Part shown: positions 33,668 to 41,501 of the stretch, piece after piece
Numbering within the stretch: position 1 is the first letter of the stretch
Layout of the letters: each line of letters opens with the position of its first letter
Source of the DNA: a virus
Lineage: Duplodnaviria > Caudoviricetes
Virus record (IMG/VR): IMGVR_UViG_3300007764_000117
Coordinates: 1 to 41,831 of that record
DNA length: 41,831 bases
Direction: 5' to 3' (one strand)
Notes under the pieces: model-generated
Told to the model about the DNA's origin: nothing
What the model saw: the letters and a program-made list of their open reading frames with translations, nothing else
Databases searched by the model: none
Program-made: the position numbers and the translations under genes

Positions 33668-35624
33668 AGCTATTCTCCCACCGGAAGTCAAACTTCATCT
33701 TTCCCCGCCTGGATTTCCTCTCTCGTGTCCTTTTCAGGGCCTGTCTCTTCCTCCACCCCACCGAACCGGGTGGATATGCCTCTTCGCGAGACTTCGAGGT
33801 GCGGCCCGCTCGGCTGTTTGACAGCACCAGTGCCCCAAGACCATCTGATATGACTCGATCTCCGTGGGTCTTCTGGGCTTGCTCGCTCTCTTCCTGCAAA
33901 CTAGCGGGCCCGATCCCGCCCCCGTCGTAATACACGTACTCCAGAGCCTCGTCCAGGGCCATGTCAGAATGGTTGACTACGTGGCCGTGGGCATAGGCTC
34001 GACGGAGTATACCCAGCATTTCTTCCTTCTTGTCTCTGGTGGAGTGCCAACCGTACCGCTTACTCACCTTCTCCGTCACTGATCCGGACTGTACGTCCCG
34101 GTAGAAGTTGGGGTAGAGATAGGTCTTGACCACAATCCGTCCAAAGTCCCATCCCGGGCCGTTCGCTTCCCAGATCATAAGAGGGAGGTTTCCGTTGCGG
34201 GCCCCACCGACCCACAGGGCCGACGCCACCATCACTTTCGCGAACTCATACGGCGGCACAGTGGCATCAGCATATTCCCCCACCTTCTCCCGGGTATCCT
34301 CGCAGAAGAGGGAACAGGTAGAATTCGAGGCCCCCTGCCCCTTGCTGATATCCATGGCCATGACGTAACTTTTCGTCTGGTCGAGTCGCCCACCCACCAG
34401 GGGACACCATATCTTCCAGGAGCCGTTTCTCTTCCTGCACGCCGAAACTTTTTCTCGGTTCTTCCGCCCAACCGCTTTTCGGATTGAGTCGTCCGACACC
34501 CCGGGACCGAAGGTTATGTCGTACCGGTACCGCTCCGGCTTCGCAAACAGCCGCCGGTGCAGTTCCACGACTTGCGGCTCGAAGAACAGCTCGCCAGAGC
34601 CGATATGGTCCATGTCAATCTCTATGGCCATCTCCCGCGGCGACCGTACTTTCTCCTGGGCGTCGTACCACGGAGATCGAATCTTGGATTGACCCGTAGA
34701 GTCGTCCTTGTCGAGGTATCGGCCGCACCCCTTCTCCGGATGCTCCCACCATGGCAAGACGAATACCCGTACCTGCCCGGACTTCCTCCACTTGCTGAAG
34801 CTTGTTCCCGCCCCATTCGGGGTCGAGCATGCGAATCGGGTGGCGGTCACATCCTTCGTAGACCGCTTAATGGATTCCCCCTCGCTCATCTTGGCCATCT
34901 CGTCCAGCAGGATAGCCGTCCTACGGTCAGACGAGCCAGCCGATGCGTTAGAACTCTCCCCGTCAATTCTGGATCGGGTGAGGAGGTTTGTCATGTGCAT
35001 CCGTTTACGATCAATGGCCCCCGGGTGAATCATCCACCGTGGGAGCCACCTGTTGATGTAGTCGTGCTTTCCAAAGAGAGTGCCCGGGTCCGATCCCGCC
35101 TCTCCGGCCCGGCCCAGGGTGTCCACGCAGTCTTCCTTCCTGCTGATCTCCAGGAAAGACCTATCGTCGAGGAACAGCCACTCGTGGTGGAACACAACGA
35201 TGTGGTCCCACGTAGCCCCCATATCTCGGGACTTATCCGTGAGGAGGTCCTCCCCCTGCTCAATAGACCCCTTCAGATCGAGTATGTGCTTGTCTTGAAT
35301 CTCCCAGGTGATAAAGGGCACATGGGATTCTTCAGACCGGCACTGTCGAACTTTCCCGTTGTCATCTACCCGAAACAAACGATAGGTGAATACAAACGCA
35401 TTCACCCAGAACAGAATGGACTGGCTACAGGCAGTGTAGAGAGCCCGCTGGACCCACTGGTTTTCCTCGGCCGACGCGAGAAGCTTAGCCCTCCAGGCAA
35501 GATTCTCAGTCGTCGTCTTCGGGACCTTCAGGCCCGTTATCGGGCATGTCCACACCCTCCGATTGCTCGGAAAGGGAGAGGGCAGAGTCGGCAAGTTTGT
35601 TGAGGCGGGCTCGGGCAAGGTCAC
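33657..35624 (-). CDS. terL: Terminase large subunit
   Basis: Walker A KSRDMGATW, Walker B ILLDEMA, motif III STPNG, nuclease MAMDISKG, WEANGPG, HGDRVISD. Confidence 0.92.
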   Translation of the reverse strand: MTLPEPASTNLPTLPSPFPSNRRVWTCPITGLKVPKTTTENLAWRAKLLASAEENQWVQRALYTACSQSILFWVNAFVFTYRLFRVDDNGKVRQCRSEESHVPFITWEIQDKHILDLKGSIEQGEDLLTDKSRDMGATWDHIVVFHHEWLFLDDRSFLEISRKEDCVDTLGRAGEAGSDPGTLFGKHDYINRWLPRWMIHPGAIDRKRMHMTNLLTRSRIDGESSNASAGSSDRRTAILLDEMAKMSEGESIKRSTKDVTATRFACSTPNGAGTSFSKWRKSGQVRVFVLPWWEHPEKGCGRYLDKDDSTGQSKIRSPWYDAQEKVRSPREMAIEIDMDHIGSGELFFEPQVVELHRRLFAKPERYRYDITFGPGVSDDSIRKAVGRKNREKVSACRKRNGSWKIWCPLVGGRLDQTKSYVMAMDISKGQGASNSTCSLFCEDTREKVGEYADATVPPYEFAKVMVASALWVGGARNGNLPLMIWEANGPGWDFGRIVVKTYLYPNFYRDVQSGSVTEKVSKRYGWHSTRDKKEEMLGILRRAYAHGHVVNHSDMALDEALEYVYYDGGGIGPASLQEESEQAQKTHGDRVISDGLGALVLSNSRAGRTSKSREEAYPPGSVGWRKRQALKRTRERKSRRGKMKFDFRWENSYAE

Positions 35625-35931
35625 TTACCTTCTCCGCAGCGGTGGCGGTTTCAGCCTCATCGGGCTTCGCCATCGGGCTCTTGCCCTCTCGGCGTTCCAC
35701 AATGAACATCATCATCTGCTTGTCAGGCTTGTGCTTGACGAGTCGGTCCGGGTTGTCCGGGTCCTTTTCTTCCCACCCTAGGGCCATACGGAACATCATC
35801 CGGGCGAGCTGCTCGTCCTTCGTGATAATCTCGCCTTCCTCGTCGATGGTGAACGCTTCTGCCCCGATATCATGGAGCCAATCGACGAGCTTACGAGTAG
35901 CCCGGCTGATTTTCCGCTGGCGTTTCTTCAC
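35506..35931 (-). CDS. Putative terminase small subunit
   Basis: Helical 141 aa directly upstream of and overlapping TerL; ERREGK motif. Confidence 0.55.
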   Translation of the reverse strand: MKKRQRKISRATRKLVDWLHDIGAEAFTIDEEGEIITKDEQLARMMFRMALGWEEKDPDNPDRLVKHKPDKQMMMFIVERREGKSPMAKPDEAETATAAEKVSDLARARLNKLADSALSLSEQSEGVDMPDNGPEGPEDDD

Positions 35932-35938
35932 GTCTCAC

Positions 35939-36295
35939 TCACGACTTGACGATGAATCCCTGTATGATGCACGAGTTCTTGTCCGACCCACCGCCGGCGA
36001 ACTTGGGAACAACACCGAGCGGACACCGGTAGGGCGAACTGAACGACATCACCACAGTGTCCTTCGCGTCCAGATTCCCGGCGAAAATGTACTTCCCCGC
36101 GGCGGCGGCATCGGCCACCAGGAAGATGTCTCCCCCGCTCTCCGAGGTAATCATCACGTCGGTGACATAGATGGCCTCGTCGTCCGCGAGCGTCCTGGTG
36201 TCCGTCTCTCCGTCATCGAAGATGGACAGGGCAGTGAGGGTGGAGGCATCGCCATCGACGATCCTCTCCCCATGGATGGGGTCACCTCGAAGCAT
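35939..36295 (-). CDS. Hypothetical (probable virion beta-sandwich) protein
   Basis: RBS GGAGG; beta-rich, acidic. Confidence 0.65.
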   Translation of the reverse strand: MLRGDPIHGERIVDGDASTLTALSIFDDGETDTRTLADDEAIYVTDVMITSESGGDIFLVADAAAAGKYIFAGNLDAKDTVVMSFSSPYRCPLGVVPKFAGGGSDKNSCIIQGFIVKS

Positions 36296-36947
36296 TGCGA
36301 ACCTCCTTTTCCAGGAGGGCGGCGAGCCTGTCCCCGGGCTCCAAGAGGCCCGAGGAGGGCACGGGAACCGGCCCCCACCCCCGGAACCCCACGAGGACGC
36401 CGACGACGGCCCCGTACTGGTCGGTCACCGGACCTCCGGACATGCCAGGAAAAGTCCCGCCATTGTATTCGACATAGCCGTTGATATTCAGGCAGGAAAT
36501 CCAGCCGTGCATCTCCGCCAGGTATCTCTTACTACCCGTTTGCCCGGGGAACCCCCAAGCGGTGACGCTCTGTCCCCGGTATACATCTCCGATTCGCAGA
36601 AGCCTCACCTTGTACTTCGCCCGGTGCCGCAGCAGGGCGAGGTCGTGGTCGCCCGAGATGGCCACCACTTCCGACAGCGTATCGTTCACGAGGGGCTGGC
36701 TCAGCACCATTTCGGCGACGTGCCTGGCGGTGGCAACATACGCCCAGTCGTCCTTCTGAGCGACGTAGAAACCGGTTCCGAGGTAGGGGCTATTGACCGT
36801 GCCGACGGAGACCACACAGTCATCCGGGTGCCTGGCCGTGTAGGCCGCCCTTCCCCGATCCATGTTGGGGAGCCCCACGCTGCAAACCAACAGTCCGAAG
36901 ATCGCCACGATAGACATCACAACCATCAAAACGGCGGATCGAGTCAT
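36282..36947 (-). CDS. Trypsin-like serine protease with N-terminal signal/TM segment
   Basis: GTGFYV, catalytic His TARHV, Asp DLALL, Ser PGMSGGPV. Confidence 0.9.
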   Translation of the reverse strand: MTRSAVLMVVMSIVAIFGLLVCSVGLPNMDRGRAAYTARHPDDCVVSVGTVNSPYLGTGFYVAQKDDWAYVATARHVAEMVLSQPLVNDTLSEVVAISGDHDLALLRHRAKYKVRLLRIGDVYRGQSVTAWGFPGQTGSKRYLAEMHGWISCLNINGYVEYNGGTFPGMSGGPVTDQYGAVVGVLVGFRGWGPVPVPSSGLLEPGDRLAALLEKEVRNASR

Positions 36948-36963
36948 CTCATTTCTCCCTGGA

Positions 36964-37422
36964 TCAGGACAGCAGGATCAATCGGATCGTCGCGTCGCCC
37001 TGGCCATCGGCCTCGTCTCGGAGGGCCGTAATCTGAACCACTGCATCGTAGTCGGTACCGTCCACGAGGGCGGAGCCGTCGATTCGGCTGGCCGTGTCGT
37101 GGCCCGCCATGTCATCGTGCGTGAGAAGGTGCCATATCCCGCCCTGAATCTTCATCAGGACGTATTCATCGGCGTCCGTCAGAAACTCCAGGAACACGTC
37201 GGCGTCCGAGTACACCAGGGCCGCTTCGTACGTGTCGGTCCCCCCATCCTGGGCCCACAGAACCTCAGACCCATAATCATCCTCCACGATGGCCGTCACG
37301 TCGTACTTCAGGCCATTCGTGATGGAGACTTCCTTTGGAGTGCTGATATCCCCCAGGTAGAGCGTCTCTCCAGCAGCACCGTTGAAAATGATACGCTGGA
37401 TGAACTGGAGCGTGTAGCTCAT
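36964..37422 (-). CDS. Hypothetical acidic protein
   Basis: Coupled to the GNAT stop (ATGA); in operon. Confidence 0.65.
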   Translation of the reverse strand: MSYTLQFIQRIIFNGAAGETLYLGDISTPKEVSITNGLKYDVTAIVEDDYGSEVLWAQDGGTDTYEAALVYSDADVFLEFLTDADEYVLMKIQGGIWHLLTHDDMAGHDTASRIDGSALVDGTDYDAVVQITALRDEADGQGDATIRLILLS

Positions 37423-37844
37423 TTCTTCGCCTCGTTCAGAAGGTTAACCCACTTCGAGGAGCGGGACTGTTTCGTTGCACGGAATCCGCTGTTCAGAAAC
37501 ATCCGAACCGAGGGCATGTTGTCCGCCGCCGCGTATGTCCGCACTCGCTTCCGCAGGCCGTTTACACGACGAAACGCCCGCACCAGAGATCGGACCATTC
37601 TGGCCCCGAGCCCCCGGCCGCGGTAGTTCTCATCCACTGCCACCCGCTCGATGAATCCATTTCGTTCGATGATGTTGGCGAACCCGATCAACCTGAAGTC
37701 CACGCCATCTCCATCGAGTGCCAGGATCATTCGTCCGCTCAGCGTGCCGGGCTCATCGTCCGGGAAGCACTTCGCCTCCAGGGCCCGAATCTCCGGCATC
37801 ATGCTTCGTCTGTCGGTTTCCTTCATCTGGCGAACGTAGATCAC
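37419..37844 (-). CDS. GNAT-family N-acetyltransferase (RimI-like)
   Basis: VAVDENYRGRGLG acetyl-CoA motif and N..S.RMFLNSGF; probable GTG start 37844. Confidence 0.85.
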   Translation of the reverse strand: MIYVRQMKETDRRSMMPEIRALEAKCFPDDEPGTLSGRMILALDGDGVDFRLIGFANIIERNGFIERVAVDENYRGRGLGARMVRSLVRAFRRVNGLRKRVRTYAAADNMPSVRMFLNSGFRATKQSRSSKWVNLLNEAKK

Positions 37845-37932
37845 CGAAGGCCCGCTCCCAGTTCCTGTCAAACGTATCTCGCGTGCAGTACCGACCGTCT
37901 CTTGGCCGCCTCTTGTCGCCCTTTCCGGCCAT
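37753..37932 (-). CDS. Small conserved phage protein (59 aa, absent from the ORF track)
   Basis: MAGKGDKRRPRDGRYCTRDTFDRNWERAFG..., a recurrent phage GKG..RP...NW..IF-type peptide; RBS AGGTGA. Confidence 0.6.
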   Translation of the reverse strand: MAGKGDKRRPRDGRYCTRDTFDRNWERAFGDLRSPDEGNRQTKHDAGDSGPGGEVLPGR

Positions 37933-37950
37933 GGATCACCTATGGGCAGA

Positions 37951-38027
37951 TGCCCGCGGGCTTCGGAAGAACTCGCCGGCCGGAGGCCCAAGTCGTAGCC
38001 AGTCCGTTCTTCCGAAGCCCGCGGGCA
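37951..38027. repeat. Perfect 22-bp inverted repeat with 33-nt spacer
   Basis: tgcccgcgggcttcggaagaac (37951-37972) / gttcttccgaagcccgcgggca (38006-38027). Confidence 0.95.
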
Positions 38028-38034
38028 AGTCTCT

Positions 38035-38063
38035 ATTGTACCCTGAATCGGGCGGGATGTCCA
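38035..38063 (-). promoter_or_regulatory. Sigma70-type late-operon promoter
   Basis: On the - strand TGGACA, 17 nt, TACAAT. Confidence 0.7.
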
Positions 38064-38069
38064 CCCGTT

Positions 38070-38204
38070 TCACATCGTCAGGGCCAAGTTCGCCACAGCC
38101 ACGGCGGTCCAGATGACCGCCCGCCTCCAATCGCCAGAGACGGCATACACGATGCCGGCCGCGGCCTGGAGGACGACGACCGTGACGGGGAAAATCCGGG
38201 CCAT
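38070..38204 (-). CDS. 44-aa two-TM membrane protein (absent from the ORF track)
   Basis: MARIFPVTVVVLQAAAGIVYAVSGDWRRAVIWTAVAVANLALTM; starts 3 nt after the upstream stop. Confidence 0.7.
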   Translation of the reverse strand: MARIFPVTVVVLQAAAGIVYAVSGDWRRAVIWTAVAVANLALTM

Positions 38205-38207
38205 GGG

Positions 38208-38411
38208 CTACTTGAGACCCGCGATCTGCTCCCGGGTGGGACGGCCCCGACCGCGGATGGCGACCTCGTTGGCCGCGAGGACCCGTCGAATCACCCCGGC
38301 GGACACGTTGTAGGCCACCGCGATGTCCTGAAGGCCGTAGCCGGCCCCGTACTTCTGGCAGATGTCCTTGATTACCGGCACACTGAACTCGATCTTGTTG
38401 GCTGACGACAT
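38208..38411 (-). CDS. Small HTH DNA-binding protein
   Basis: Y.AGYGLQDIAVAYNVSAGVIRRVL HTH plus RGRGRP AT-hook-like tail; RBS AAGGA. Confidence 0.8.
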   Translation of the reverse strand: MSSANKIEFSVPVIKDICQKYGAGYGLQDIAVAYNVSAGVIRRVLAANEVAIRGRGRPTREQIAGLK

Positions 38412-38463
38412 GTTGTGGTCCTTTCCTGTTGGAATCCAGCCTGTTTTTAACGCTACGATAAAG

Positions 38464-38492
38464 ATTTTACCACAAATTCGCCCACCTGTAAA
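38464..38492 (-). promoter_or_regulatory. Leftward sigma70-type promoter
   Basis: On the - strand TTTACA, 17 nt, TG-extended TAAAAT. Confidence 0.7.
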
Positions 38493-38741
38493 GCATTTTC
38501 TTGTGGAATGGACGATTTTATTAGCCCGAATGGCATTAAAAGTTGTAAAAGGGCCAAAATCCGCATATATTATGGGGGTTCTAATATGAATCCTGGAAAT
38601 TGGGGCCCCAAGGGCAGAGGGTCATACCCCCGGGGGCGGGAATCCGCTGGATAAGAACGCAAACACCTCGCGGAATCTGCGGGCATTCCTATCCGATTGA
38701 ACCCCGGGCCCGCTCCCCATACGATCATTTTCTTTGGGCCC

Positions 38742-38770
38742 TTGCACCTAAGCCCATTGTATTGTAAACT
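38742..38770 (+). promoter_or_regulatory. Possible rightward promoter
   Basis: TTGCAC, 17 nt, TAAACT. Confidence 0.5.
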
Positions 38771-38836
38771 TCAGGTATGCTAGGTGCAATTGTTCTATCA
38801 CGTGGAACCCCGATTCCCTGTCCGGAGGTGAACCCC

Positions 38837-39145
38837 ATGAAAACCCGCACCATGTTTTCCCTGTACGTGCCAAGGGAGCATCAGGATTCGCCCTTGGCTA
38901 GGCAAGCTGTTGTGCAATGTCTTCTACAGCGATTTGGTGGCTATACTGTAGCCAACGTGGATGGTGGCTACACAATGGCCGATGGTTCTGTTGCAATCGA
39001 ATCGGTCTGGCGTTTCGATATTGTCTGTGCTGGAACCCCAGAAGACCGAGAGTACATGCGTGTTTTGGCAAGGTCTGTCAGGTATCTCCTTCGGCAAGAA
39101 TCGGTTCTCCTGACGGCGAGAAAGCTTGAAGCTTCTTTCGTCTAA
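38837..39145 (+). CDS. Hypothetical early protein (ferredoxin-like, DUF3574-like)
   Basis: RBS GGAGGTG; FGGYT...GGY...DG...E and RQESVL pattern. Confidence 0.7.
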   Translation: MKTRTMFSLYVPREHQDSPLARQAVVQCLLQRFGGYTVANVDGGYTMADGSVAIESVWRFDIVCAGTPEDREYMRVLARSVRYLLRQESVLLTARKLEASFV

Positions 39146-39151
39146 CCCCTC

Positions 39152-39627
39152 GGGCCCTGTTTGTGAACCGATAGGCAAGCAAACAGGGCCCATTCTCTAT
39201 CCTTCCCGTTCAATATCCTCTGGAGCACAGGGCCCTTGTATTAACCTGTGCTCCAGAGTCTAGGCACCCATTGTCTAATCTGTAAAACGGCATGCCTATC
39301 GGTTCACAGTCAAGCCCAAAGCCTATCCTCTGGGGCTTAGGGCCCTTATGATACCCTGTGAACCGATAGTCAGTCATAGACAGGCAAAGAAGCTTGTTCG
39401 GCAACAACCCATACTCCCTGTTAATATGGGCAATATAGGTAAGTACTCAATAGTAAGGTAATCACTAGGTAAAGCTGCAATAGCAAAATGCCTGTCTGTC
39501 TTGACTATCGGTTCACACCCGCAAGAAATCAGTTAATATATGTTCCCAGTATTTCAGTATTTATAAATCCGGCCTAGGCGTGAACCGACAGACACCCACG
39601 CACCCCCAGCATGCCTATCGGTTCACA
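39152..39627. repeat. Array of six GTGAACCGAYAG motifs in alternating orientation with nested hairpins
   Basis: + at 39162, 39357, 39580; - ending 39308, 39517, 39627. Confidence 0.9.
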
Positions 39628-39708
39628 ACAGAACCCTAACAGTTATGGGATACTTTTACGTTTGTATACTCGTCTTAATACTCAACACTTAAACCAATCC
39701 GAATATGT

Positions 39709-39737
39709 TTGACAATCTGTACAGCATATCATAGGCT
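39709..39737 (+). promoter_or_regulatory. Sigma70-type promoter
   Basis: TTGACA, 17 nt, TAGGCT, 20 nt before ATG 39757. Confidence 0.6.
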
Positions 39738-39756
39738 CTCATAGAAGAGCCAAAGC

Positions 39757-40395
39757 ATGAAGCCAGAAGAGCACGTTCGCTATTGGTTGGATTCCTGCCC
39801 TGCCGCTGCATGGGCAGAAGGAATCACGTGGTACGATGAGGCGGCCGAATTCATCCATCGGCTATCGACCGAAACGGGCGTTCCCGACGTTGCGATTGCT
39901 GGCGTGGTTGCCGCTCTATCGCCCTCGGTCTATTGGGGGTTAAACAAGCGACAGGCCGAAGCCATGGTGCGGCAGTATGCGGATTCCGGCATGGAGCACA
40001 TCGACCTTGTGCCGACGAGCACGTACGGCGGGCAGGTAAAGAAAGCCCATCGGATTCTCGCCCTGGATTGCCCGGCGACGAATGACGTAGAGCGTATCCT
40101 CGGCCGACGTGCGTTCAAGACAAGGGCATTCTTCCGCAATCTACTCCGCCTGGCTTCGCCCGATGTGTGCGTTGATACGCACATCGTGCGGGCCCTGGGG
40201 TGGGAAGATCGGTTCACGCAATCGGCACGATGGTGCTATGATCGTCTAGCGGCAGCAATCGCTACGGTTGCGGTCGAACGTGGGATGAAGCCCTGCACGG
40301 TGCAAGCAATCGTGTGGTGCTCATACAAGCATCAGACAGAAGCATACAACGCACAAGAGCGATACGACCGCAAGCACGATATCGCCCCGTTCTGA
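39757..40395 (+). CDS. HhH-GPD DNA glycosylase-like phage protein
   Basis: WY, VAALSP...W..N, FKTRAFF..N, VCVDTHIVR (compare endonuclease III AVDTH), VQAIVW. Confidence 0.6.
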   Translation: MKPEEHVRYWLDSCPAAAWAEGITWYDEAAEFIHRLSTETGVPDVAIAGVVAALSPSVYWGLNKRQAEAMVRQYADSGMEHIDLVPTSTYGGQVKKAHRILALDCPATNDVERILGRRAFKTRAFFRNLLRLASPDVCVDTHIVRALGWEDRFTQSARWCYDRLAAAIATVAVERGMKPCTVQAIVWCSYKHQTEAYNAQERYDRKHDIAPF

Positions 40396-40410
40396 CTTGG
40401 AGGATTGAGT

Positions 40411-40599
40411 ATGACCGCTTATGGACGTTGCATCGTGGATGACCCCCGGAAGCAAGCGTATGGCTACATGGCACACCTGAAGCGGTGCGGGAATCGCCCG
40501 TCTCTCGTCATTTCGGGCGATTGCTACACCGTCGCCGCCCCGGGGACGATGACGATTACGTTTCGGCCGATGACTTCATGGGAAAAACCCCTTGCGTGA
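40411..40599 (+). CDS. Hypothetical small protein
   Basis: RBS GGAGG; ATG 40411. Confidence 0.55.
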   Translation: MTAYGRCIVDDPRKQAYGYMAHLKRCGNRPSLVISGDCYTVAAPGTMTITFRPMTSWEKPLA

Positions 40600-40636
40600 A
40601 CCGACAGGGTATCGTATACTACCCTGTGAACCGACA
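40592..40636 (+). promoter_or_regulatory. Promoter overlapped by two GTGAACCGAC motifs (putative operators)
   Basis: TTGCGT, 17 nt, TATACT; motif at 40596 and 40626; inverted repeat acagggta/taccctgt flanks the -10. Confidence 0.7.
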
Positions 40637-40660
40637 ACAGACGGACCGGAGAATCAAGCT

Positions 40661-40861
40661 ATGGCGAACTATCTGACCTCCACGACCGGGCAGGACCGCC
40701 GCAGGGCCCTGGGAACCATCGGGACCGTTCCCGAGCTGGCGTGCGATGCGTGCGGGGCGAAGTACTTCAGCTCCAGGAACATCACCTGCCCGGCGTGCGG
40801 GCGGGGTGTGCTCGCCCTGAAGACCGGGCACAAGAATATCCTGCCGTTGAAGCAATCCTGA
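40661..40861 (+). CDS. Small zinc-ribbon protein
   Basis: RBS GGAG; CDAC...CPAC. Confidence 0.7.
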   Translation: MANYLTSTTGQDRRRALGTIGTVPELACDACGAKYFSSRNITCPACGRGVLALKTGHKNILPLKQS

Positions 40862-40865
40862 GGAC

Positions 40866-40911
40866 GGCGGGGGGCGGAACCGGACCGACCTTCCCCGGTG
40901 CCGCCCCCGCC
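40866..40911 (+). other. GC-rich intergenic hairpin
   Basis: ggcggggggcgg-accgg / ccggt-ccgcccccgcc; no U-tract. Confidence 0.55.
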
Positions 40912-40931
40912 TGGAGCAAAGGAACACTACC

Positions 40932-41477
40932 ATGAACCCCATGAACCTCGTCAGACCATCGGACCTGAAACCCGGAGGGTGCTATGTCGATGCGAACCTC
41001 CGGGGGGCATACTTCCGGGGGGCGAACCTCTGCGGTGCGAACTTCTGCGGTGCGGACCTCTGGTATGCGAACCTCCAGGATGCGAACCTCCAGAACGCGA
41101 ACCTCCAGGATGCGAACCTCCGGTGGACGAACCTCCGGTGGACGAACCTCTGGGGGGCGAACCTCCGGGGGGCATACCTCCGGGGGGCGAACCTCTGCGG
41201 TGCGAACCTCCAGAACGCGGACCTCCACGGGGCGAACCTCTACGGTGTGGACCTCCGGCATGCGAACCTCCAGAACGCGAACCTCCTGGGGGCGAACCTC
41301 CGGGAGGCGAACCTCTGCGGTGCGAACCTCCAGAACGCGGACCTCCACGGGGCGAACCTCTACGGTGTGGACCTCCAGAACGCGAACCTCCTGGGGGCAA
41401 ACCTCCAGCATGCGAACCTCTGGGGGGCGAACCTCCAGGGGGCGAAGCTTCCGTCAAACTTGAATCCCGGTGTTTAA
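40932..41477 (+). CDS. Pentapeptide repeat protein
   Basis: About 30 A(N/D)Lxx repeats. Confidence 0.92.
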   Translation: MNPMNLVRPSDLKPGGCYVDANLRGAYFRGANLCGANFCGADLWYANLQDANLQNANLQDANLRWTNLRWTNLWGANLRGAYLRGANLCGANLQNADLHGANLYGVDLRHANLQNANLLGANLREANLCGANLQNADLHGANLYGVDLQNANLLGANLQHANLWGANLQGAKLPSNLNPGV

Positions 41478-41501
41478 ACACATCGGCAAAGGAACATTAC
41501 C

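Noticed and set aside
32345-33853. 502-aa + strand ORF
   Set aside because: Antisense to the portal; no RBS context or recognisable domain.
37936-38130. 64-aa - strand ORF and the 37991 start for the GNAT
   Set aside because: They run through the promoter and 22-bp hairpin; better explained by the 44-aa and 59-aa genes and a GTG start at 37844.
39152-39627. CRISPR or mini-CRISPR array
   Set aside because: Repeats are only 12-19 bp, alternate in orientation and have irregular spacing; the Cas4-like gene is in a recombination module.
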